Shown: in pieces, positions 58,136 to 64,000 of the stretch | How the letters are laid out: every line of letters starts with the position of its first letter | How positions within the stretch are numbered: position 1 is the stretch's first letter | Source of the DNA: a bacterium | GTDB taxonomy: Bacteria; Patescibacteriota; Minisyncoccia; Moranbacterales; DUUL01 | DNA length: 64,000 nt | Direction of reading: 5' to 3' | Assembly: GCA_018675685.1 (NCBI GenBank) | Contig: JABGXP010000010.1 | Coordinates: 49,427 to 113,426, forward strand | Made by a program: the position numbers and the translations under genes | The notes under the pieces: model-generated | Seen by the model: the letters and a program-made list of their open reading frames with translations, nothing else | Database searches by the model: none | What the model was told of the DNA's origin: nothing

Positions 58136-58570
58136 ATGAAGATTGGAAAAGACTATATCGGGGTTGGAGGAGGAATCCTTATTTTCAATGAGAAGGACGA
58201 GATTTTGCTCTTAAAAAGAGGGATTAAATCTAAAAATGAAATTGGTTTTTGGCAAAAACCAGGAGGAGAGGTTGATTATGGCGAAAAAGTGAGCAGGTCA
58301 ATGAAAAGAGAGGTTAAAGAGGAAACTGGCCTAACGGTTGAAATTTGGGGATATTTGCCTCACACTGATCATATTATCGAAAAAGACCAACAACATTGGG
58401 TGGCTTTCAATTATCTCGGAAGAGTAGTTTCAGGTGTTGCCAGAATTATGGAGCCTCAAAAGTGTGAAGAATTGAATTGGTTCTCCTTGGAAAATTTGCC
58501 AAAAGGAACTCAGCAAACAACAAGAGAGTCAGTTGAAAATTTTCTTAAAGGAAAGTATATTGAAATCTAG
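58136..58570 (+). CDS. NUDIX hydrolase
   Basis: PGG.V..GE......REVKEETGL Nudix box. Confidence 0.9.
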   Translation: MKIGKDYIGVGGGILIFNEKDEILLLKRGIKSKNEIGFWQKPGGEVDYGEKVSRSMKREVKEETGLTVEIWGYLPHTDHIIEKDQQHWVAFNYLGRVVSGVARIMEPQKCEELNWFSLENLPKGTQQTTRESVENFLKGKYIEI

Positions 58571-58765
58571 AGTTATTTTTTGTAACAAAATTCGTTGGAT
58601 TATTTAGTAGATTCTTCCACTTTCTATATGTTAGTGTTTGGTCATCTAAGAATATAGTAAATAACTTAATGAAATCAAGTATACTTTTTCGTTTAATGCA
58701 TAATGCGTTTTCCGAGTAAACTTGAATAGAGAGAATTTAATTTGTTTGAATATTTTCCACAATAT

Positions 58766-59770
58766 ATGTTTTTCAAGAGAATCGGAATCGACCTTGGAAC
58801 AGCCAATACTTTGGTCTTTGTTCCAAAAAAAGGAATTGTAGTAAATGAACCCTCAGTCGTAGCTGTTACAATGGACAATAACAGAGTGATTGCTGTTGGA
58901 AATGAAGCAAAAGAAATGATTGGAAGAACTCCGGATATTATAACAGCGTATCGCCCTTTGAAAAATGGTGTAATCGCTGATTATCGTGTAACAGAAGCGA
59001 TGCTTAAATATTTTATTGCGAAAGTTAGCCCAAAAATTAGATTTTCAAAGCCTGACGTGATGGTTTCAATTCCAGCTGGTGTAACTTCCACAGAAAGGCG
59101 TGCTGTTGTGGAGGCGACAATTAAAGCTGGCGCAAAAAATGCATATATAGTAAAAGAACCAATCTTAGCTGCAATCGGAGCGGGTATACCAATTAATAGT
59201 GCGAGTGGAAATATGATTATTGATATTGGTGGTGGAACATCTGAAGTCGCAGTAATTTCTCTAGGAGGAATTGTTTCTGCTCACAGTGCACGAGTCGGAG
59301 GTGATCGAATCGATGCTGCAATCGCTCAGTATATCAAGAAGAAGCACGGACTTGCGATTGGTGAACGGACAGCAGAAGAAGTAAAAATAGAAATAGGTAG
59401 CGCCTTGCCTCAAGTAAAAGAGGAATATGTTGAGGTCCGTGGACGAGACTTGATGGGTGGTTTGCCAAAAACAATCAGAATTTCAACAAATGAAATTACC
59501 GAAGCAATTCAAGATGAACTTAGGGAGATTATCAATGCTGCAAAAAAAGTGATGCAAGAAACACCACCAGAATTAGCCGCTGATATTATGGACAAAGGAA
59601 TAGTGCTGTCTGGAGGAGGAGCATTATTAAGAAACCTCGATCGACTTATTACAAAGGTAACAGGGGTCCCCTGTTATGTTGCAGATGATGCACTGCTTTG
59701 TGTCGCAAAAGGGACCGGAGCCGCATTAGATAACTTGGATATCTACAAAAGAACAATATCAATTAAATAA
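58766..59770 (+). CDS. mreB: Rod shape-determining protein MreB (ATG 58766 preferred)
   Basis: IGIDLGTANT, EPSVVA, DIGGGT, TPPELAAD, GGGALL. Confidence 0.97.
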   Translation: MFFKRIGIDLGTANTLVFVPKKGIVVNEPSVVAVTMDNNRVIAVGNEAKEMIGRTPDIITAYRPLKNGVIADYRVTEAMLKYFIAKVSPKIRFSKPDVMVSIPAGVTSTERRAVVEATIKAGAKNAYIVKEPILAAIGAGIPINSASGNMIIDIGGGTSEVAVISLGGIVSAHSARVGGDRIDAAIAQYIKKKHGLAIGERTAEEVKIEIGSALPQVKEEYVEVRGRDLMGGLPKTIRISTNEITEAIQDELREIINAAKKVMQETPPELAADIMDKGIVLSGGGALLRNLDRLITKVTGVPCYVADDALLCVAKGTGAALDNLDIYKRTISIK

Positions 59771-59941
59771 ATTTGGAATAACTTTCTGAAATAAAAACAG
59801 GCAAAAACCTGTTTTTTTAGGTGCAACAAAAACAACCAGATATTGACAAAAAAAGAAAAACAATGTATAAACAAGATAGTAACTTTTGAGTCATTCTAAT
59901 TTTTATACAACTTAGCAACTTTTTAACAAAAGGAGAACAGG

Positions 59942-60439
59942 ATGTACAAAAAAACCAGCAGTTTATTGGCGATCGTTTTTTTTGGAATTATCTTTTGTGG
60001 ACTAGCATCCGCCGCGGATAAAGAGATAATAGGAAAAAGGGAGATAATAATCAAAACTTCTTTTGCTGACTCTGAATTACCTGAGCGATACCAGGAGGAT
60101 TCTGCAAGGGAGAAAGTTGAAAAGGAATTAAAAGCAGCGGTGATTGCAGAGAAAGTTCAACATGTTGACTATGTTGGTGGTGAGTTGATTGTATACTCTT
60201 CGGGAACTTTGGTTGATTGGAATTTAATGAAAGAATATATTACTATTGAATATGATTCCGTTGGTAAGTTCGCGAAAGGAACACTCACTGTCCCCCGGGA
60301 CTTCTTTCTGAAATATCTGGAAGACAATGTTTATCCAGGGGCAATCCCAGCTTATTACCTTGATAACTATGGGAATGACGGAAACTTTGAATCAGGGGAA
60401 GCCCAAAATGGTTATGGGGTAAAAAAAGGATTTGAATAA
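59942..60439 (+). CDS. Secreted hypothetical protein
   Basis: Signal peptide (..GLASA), AGGAG SD, promoter TTGACA-N17-TATAAA at 59843..59871, downstream hairpin. Confidence 0.65.
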   Translation: MYKKTSSLLAIVFFGIIFCGLASAADKEIIGKREIIIKTSFADSELPERYQEDSAREKVEKELKAAVIAEKVQHVDYVGGELIVYSSGTLVDWNLMKEYITIEYDSVGKFAKGTLTVPRDFFLKYLEDNVYPGAIPAYYLDNYGNDGNFESGEAQNGYGVKKGFE

Positions 60440-60509
60440 TATTTGAGAACTATAAAAAAGGAGATAAAGCTCTTTCTGCAGATTGTGTGGAAGGAGTTTT
60501 TATTTTTTC

Positions 60510-60538
60510 TTGCCAAAACAACCCAGCTTTAATACAAT
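60510..60538 (+). promoter_or_regulatory. Promoter upstream of glycosyltransferase genes
   Basis: TTGCCA-N17-TACAAT; similar to 56428..56456. Confidence 0.6.
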
Positions 60539-60584
60539 GAAGCTAGCTTGTAAATAAACAGAGGATTTTAAAAAAGGAAAATAG

Positions 60585-61664
60585 ATGAAAATTGGGATTG
60601 ATGCATCACGTGCATTAATAAAGCAAAGAACTGGAATTGAAGAGTATGCATATCAAACGATTAAGAATCTTCGGGAACCTCTTGGGGGCCATGAAGTCTT
60701 TTTATATATAAAGGAAAAAGATCAAAAGAATCTTGATTTTAAACTTCCAGTAAACTGGACGTTGAAAGTTGTTCCATTTAATTATTTTTGGACACAACTG
60801 GGACTTTCTTGGGAGATGTTAATGAGACCAACTGATATTCTTTTTATACCTGCTCACACTGTTCCTTTTGTATACCCAAGAAAAACAGTTGTTACGGTTC
60901 ATGGACTCGAATACGAGCATTGTCCAGAAGGATATTCCCTGTACTCAAGGTGGTTTCATCATTTTTTTATAACTAGAAGTTGTCGCTGGGCGAAAAAAAT
61001 TATAGCAGTTTCTCAGAATACAAAAAAAGATCTAAAAAAAATATACAAGATTCCAAAAGAAAAAATTTCAGTCGTATATAATGGCTTTGAATTGAGCGGT
61101 GGTAGTAATGAGATGGTAACTGAAAAAGAAGAGGTTAACTACATTTTATATATTGGAAGAATCGAAGAGCGAAAAAATATTAAGAATATCGTTAAAGCAT
61201 TTGAAATCCTTAAGAAGAAATATGGGTATAAAGGAGAACTGTTATTAGCCGGAAAGTCTGGATATGGGCATGAGAAAATTAAAGAGACAATAAAAAAGAG
61301 CGAATTTAAAAAAGACATTAAATGTCTAGGGTTTATTTCGGATAAAGAAAAACAGGAGTTATTAACTGATGCAGATTTGTTTCTTTTCCCTTCCTTGTGC
61401 GAAGGTTTTGGAATTCCAATTCTTGAGGCACAAAGCGTGGGGACGCCAGTTGTAACTTCAAATTTTGGTCCAATGGATGAAGTTGCTGGGAATAATGAAA
61501 TCTTAGCAATTCCAACTCATCCGAAACATATTGCAGATGTCGCGCAAAGAATTATATCAGATGAAAAGAAATGTAAAGAAGTTGTTAAAAAAGGTTTTGA
61601 GAATACAAAAAGATTCTCTTGGAAAAAATGTGGTGAAGGCGTAGCTAAAGTTTTATTAAATTAG
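60585..61664 (+). CDS. GT4 glycosyltransferase
   Basis: MKIGID, TGI..Y, GRIE.RKN, EGFGIPILEA. Confidence 0.92.
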   Translation: MKIGIDASRALIKQRTGIEEYAYQTIKNLREPLGGHEVFLYIKEKDQKNLDFKLPVNWTLKVVPFNYFWTQLGLSWEMLMRPTDILFIPAHTVPFVYPRKTVVTVHGLEYEHCPEGYSLYSRWFHHFFITRSCRWAKKIIAVSQNTKKDLKKIYKIPKEKISVVYNGFELSGGSNEMVTEKEEVNYILYIGRIEERKNIKNIVKAFEILKKKYGYKGELLLAGKSGYGHEKIKETIKKSEFKKDIKCLGFISDKEKQELLTDADLFLFPSLCEGFGIPILEAQSVGTPVVTSNFGPMDEVAGNNEILAIPTHPKHIADVAQRIISDEKKCKEVVKKGFENTKRFSWKKCGEGVAKVLLN

Positions 61665-61744
61665 TTTTATTGCGACCAGGGTTTCTTGAGATGACAATAG
61701 AAAGAGATAATAGCGAGTATCATTAATGATTAGCGACAATAAAA

Positions 61745-62845
61745 ATGAAAAATATTGCCTTCGTGCACGACTTTCTTTTATATCATGGAGGAGCTGAGAG
61801 CACGCTAAGCGTGATGAGTGAGATCTTTCCAAAAGCTCCTATTTTTACATTGCTCCAAAACAAGGAGTTTGTGAAAAATAATTTTTCACAACAAAAAGTC
61901 GAGAGTTCATTCTTGCAAAAAGCTCCAAAGTTTTTCTTGAAAAGACATCGAATCTTGTCGCCAATGATGCCAACTGCAATCGAAACTTTCAACTTAAGGG
62001 ATTTTGATATAGTCATTTCCTCTTCTTCGGCCTTTGCGAAGGGGATTGTTGTGAAACCAAAAACAAAGCATTTTTGTTACATGCATGCTCCCATGAGATA
62101 TGTTTGGGATTGGAGCCATGAATACCTTGAGGAACAAAAATTAAAAGGAAAAACAAAGTTACTCACTAGATTTCTACTTAGTTATTTGAGGATGTGGGAT
62201 AGAGCGAGTGCAGAGAGAGTCGATAAGTTTATTGCAAACTCTAAGTATACAGCGAGGAGGATTAAGAAATATTACCGAAAAGAATCGGAAGTTATTTACC
62301 CACCTGTTGATATTGAGAAATTTTGCCCACAAAAAAAACATGATGACTACTTTTTGACAGTCGGTAGGCTTTCTCCGTACAAGAGAACGAAGTTGATTGC
62401 CGATGCTTTTATAAAACTAAAACTCCCACTCGTAATTGTGGGTGATGGTCAGGAAAGAGAACTGCTGGAGAATGTCGCAAAGGAAAATAAGAATATTAAA
62501 GTTCTGGGATGGGTTGATGAGCAAGAAATAACAAAACTATATCAAAATGCAAGAGCTTTTGTTTGTGCTTCTGAGGATGATTTTAATATTACCGTTATTG
62601 AGGCTATGGCAGCAGGAAAACCAGCAATTGTTCTGCGAAAAGGCGGTACAGCAGAAACTGTGATAGAAGGGAAGACAGGAGAATTTTTTGATGTTCCGCA
62701 ATTGGAAATTCTAGCAGACGGAGTAAGGAGGTTTATTGAAAATGAACATAAGTATAACCATCTGGATATTCGCAAGCATGCGGAGCAATTTTCCAAGGAG
62801 GTATTCAAGAGAAAATTAACAGAGTTTATTGAAAAAAACTCATAG
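61745..62845 (+). CDS. GT4 glycosyltransferase (WbaZ/mannosyltransferase-like)
   Basis: VHD.L...GGAE, H.PMRY.WD, YPPVD, GRL..YKR, EDDF.I...EAMA.G. Confidence 0.9.
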   Translation: MKNIAFVHDFLLYHGGAESTLSVMSEIFPKAPIFTLLQNKEFVKNNFSQQKVESSFLQKAPKFFLKRHRILSPMMPTAIETFNLRDFDIVISSSSAFAKGIVVKPKTKHFCYMHAPMRYVWDWSHEYLEEQKLKGKTKLLTRFLLSYLRMWDRASAERVDKFIANSKYTARRIKKYYRKESEVIYPPVDIEKFCPQKKHDDYFLTVGRLSPYKRTKLIADAFIKLKLPLVIVGDGQERELLENVAKENKNIKVLGWVDEQEITKLYQNARAFVCASEDDFNITVIEAMAAGKPAIVLRKGGTAETVIEGKTGEFFDVPQLEILADGVRRFIENEHKYNHLDIRKHAEQFSKEVFKRKLTEFIEKNS

Positions 62846-62855
62846 TAAAAAAGCA

Positions 62856-63770
62856 ATGGAAACCATTAATCAAAAGCAGTGGAATTTTCTTGAAAAGACA
62901 GAAAAAAATAATTCACTTGTTAGTGTTTATCTTTTTTGTGGTCCTTCAAAAATTGGTAAAAATACCATGGCTTTTGATTTCGTGCGGAAAATCAATAATC
63001 TTGAGGAAAAAACGAATATTGAAGATGGTGCAAATCCAGACGTGATAGTTGTTGCACCAAAAACAGAAGAAAAAGCTAAGAAAAAAAGAAAAAAAGATAT
63101 TTCAATTGAGCAGGTAAAGGAAGCCATAAAGAGTGTTGGGTACTATCCGTATAAAGCTAAATATAAAGTTTTAATAATCAAGGAGGCGGACAGAATGACT
63201 GCTTCAGCAGCGAATAGTTTGTTGAAAATTATGGAAGAACCAACCTCTGATACGATTATTATTTTAGTGAGCGACAATGACCTGCGACTTCTTTCTACAA
63301 TTCGCTCCAGGTGTCAAATTATTAGATTCGGACTCGCAAGTAAAGCTGTGATATCAAAACAACTTCAATATGAAAATGTTGAATTTGAGGAAGAAGAATT
63401 AGAAGAAGTGGTAGAATTTTCACAAGGAAAAATTGTTAAAGCTCGAGAATTTTTGACCAACCCTGATAAGCTTAAATTGACAAAGGACAATTTAAAAAAT
63501 TTCAGAAGTGCTCTCAAAAAAGGAGTACTCGAGGGCTTTATGCTCTCAGATGAGCTAGCTAATGACAAGGAGCAGCTCAGAGAGTCATTGGAAGAGATCA
63601 CTTGGTATTTACGTGAACTTATTAAAAAACAAATAGATATCGGTGCAGACATGCGTGTTGCTAATAAAATTTCTCTTATAATAGAAAAATTAATCAAATT
63701 ACGTAAGGAACTTCTAACTAGCAATGTCAATCAAAGGTTGCAATTGGAAAATTTTTTTGTGCAGCTATAG
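62856..63770 (+). CDS. holB: DNA polymerase III delta-prime subunit (ATG 62856 preferred)
   Basis: YLF.GP..IGK, PD, KV.II.EA..M...AAN.LLK..EEP, TIRSRC. Confidence 0.85.
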   Translation: METINQKQWNFLEKTEKNNSLVSVYLFCGPSKIGKNTMAFDFVRKINNLEEKTNIEDGANPDVIVVAPKTEEKAKKKRKKDISIEQVKEAIKSVGYYPYKAKYKVLIIKEADRMTASAANSLLKIMEEPTSDTIIILVSDNDLRLLSTIRSRCQIIRFGLASKAVISKQLQYENVEFEEEELEEVVEFSQGKIVKAREFLTNPDKLKLTKDNLKNFRSALKKGVLEGFMLSDELANDKEQLRESLEEITWYLRELIKKQIDIGADMRVANKISLIIEKLIKLRKELLTSNVNQRLQLENFFVQL

Positions 63771-63887
63771 CTCAAAGAGACCAAGCTTTAAAGAAGTTTT
63801 TTTATTTTGGAATATTTGGAGGCAATTTCTTTACTGTGCTACAATTGAGAATAGTTCGCGGATACTTTTTATAAAAATAAAAATAAA

Positions 63888-64000
63888 ATGAGTTTATTTG
63901 ACAAGGACGAGCAAGGAGAGCAAAACATTTCTTTTCTAGGAAATCTTTTCCATGGAGCCACCTTCTATGTTTTTATGGTACTTCTTGTTGCGGGAGTTAT
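63888..64000 (+). CDS. Start of a membrane-anchored protein; runs off the window
   Basis: ATG 63888: MSLFDKDEQGEQNISFLGNLFHGATFYVFMVLLVAGV... Confidence 0.5.
   Translation, partial: MSLFDKDEQGEQNISFLGNLFHGATFYVFMVLLVAGV

Overview
An AT-rich, gene-dense chromosomal segment from a small-genome bacterium. Gene content and style suggest Patescibacteria/CPR, possibly Moranbacteria-like (inference). TGA is used as a stop codon, so the genetic code is 11. Housekeeping genes include secG, uvrB, recO, tgt, rodZ-like, recA, pth, rlmH, pcrA/uvrD, rsmA, ruvB, dnaJ, murA, mreB and holB. Also present are tRNA-Glu(TTC), carbohydrate enzymes (GH1, clan-A GH, glucan phosphorylase, two GT4), a membrane-anchored Clp ATPase, a tandem-duplicated PilB/GspE ATPase and three paralogous membrane-anchored lysozyme/GH73-like proteins. 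Scattered among these are self-contained accessory units (promoter, strong Shine-Dalgarno, gene, terminator), whereas the core genes have no SD. These units include a cassette run after tRNA-Glu, two unannotated micropeptide genes, purL-purQ and cdsA-purM, a pgsA-like gene and a GGDEF gene. The most notable unannotated signals are non-coding: (1) a promoter-driven ~100-nt hairpin RNA with an anti-SD loop, (2) a ~225-nt 6S-like structured RNA on the minus strand, (3) an inverted copy of the tRNA 3' end, (4) duplicated promoter/leader blocks and (5) a shared palindromic core in several terminators. No integrase, transposase or CRISPR array was seen. All assignments come from motif recognition by eye; no database search was run.
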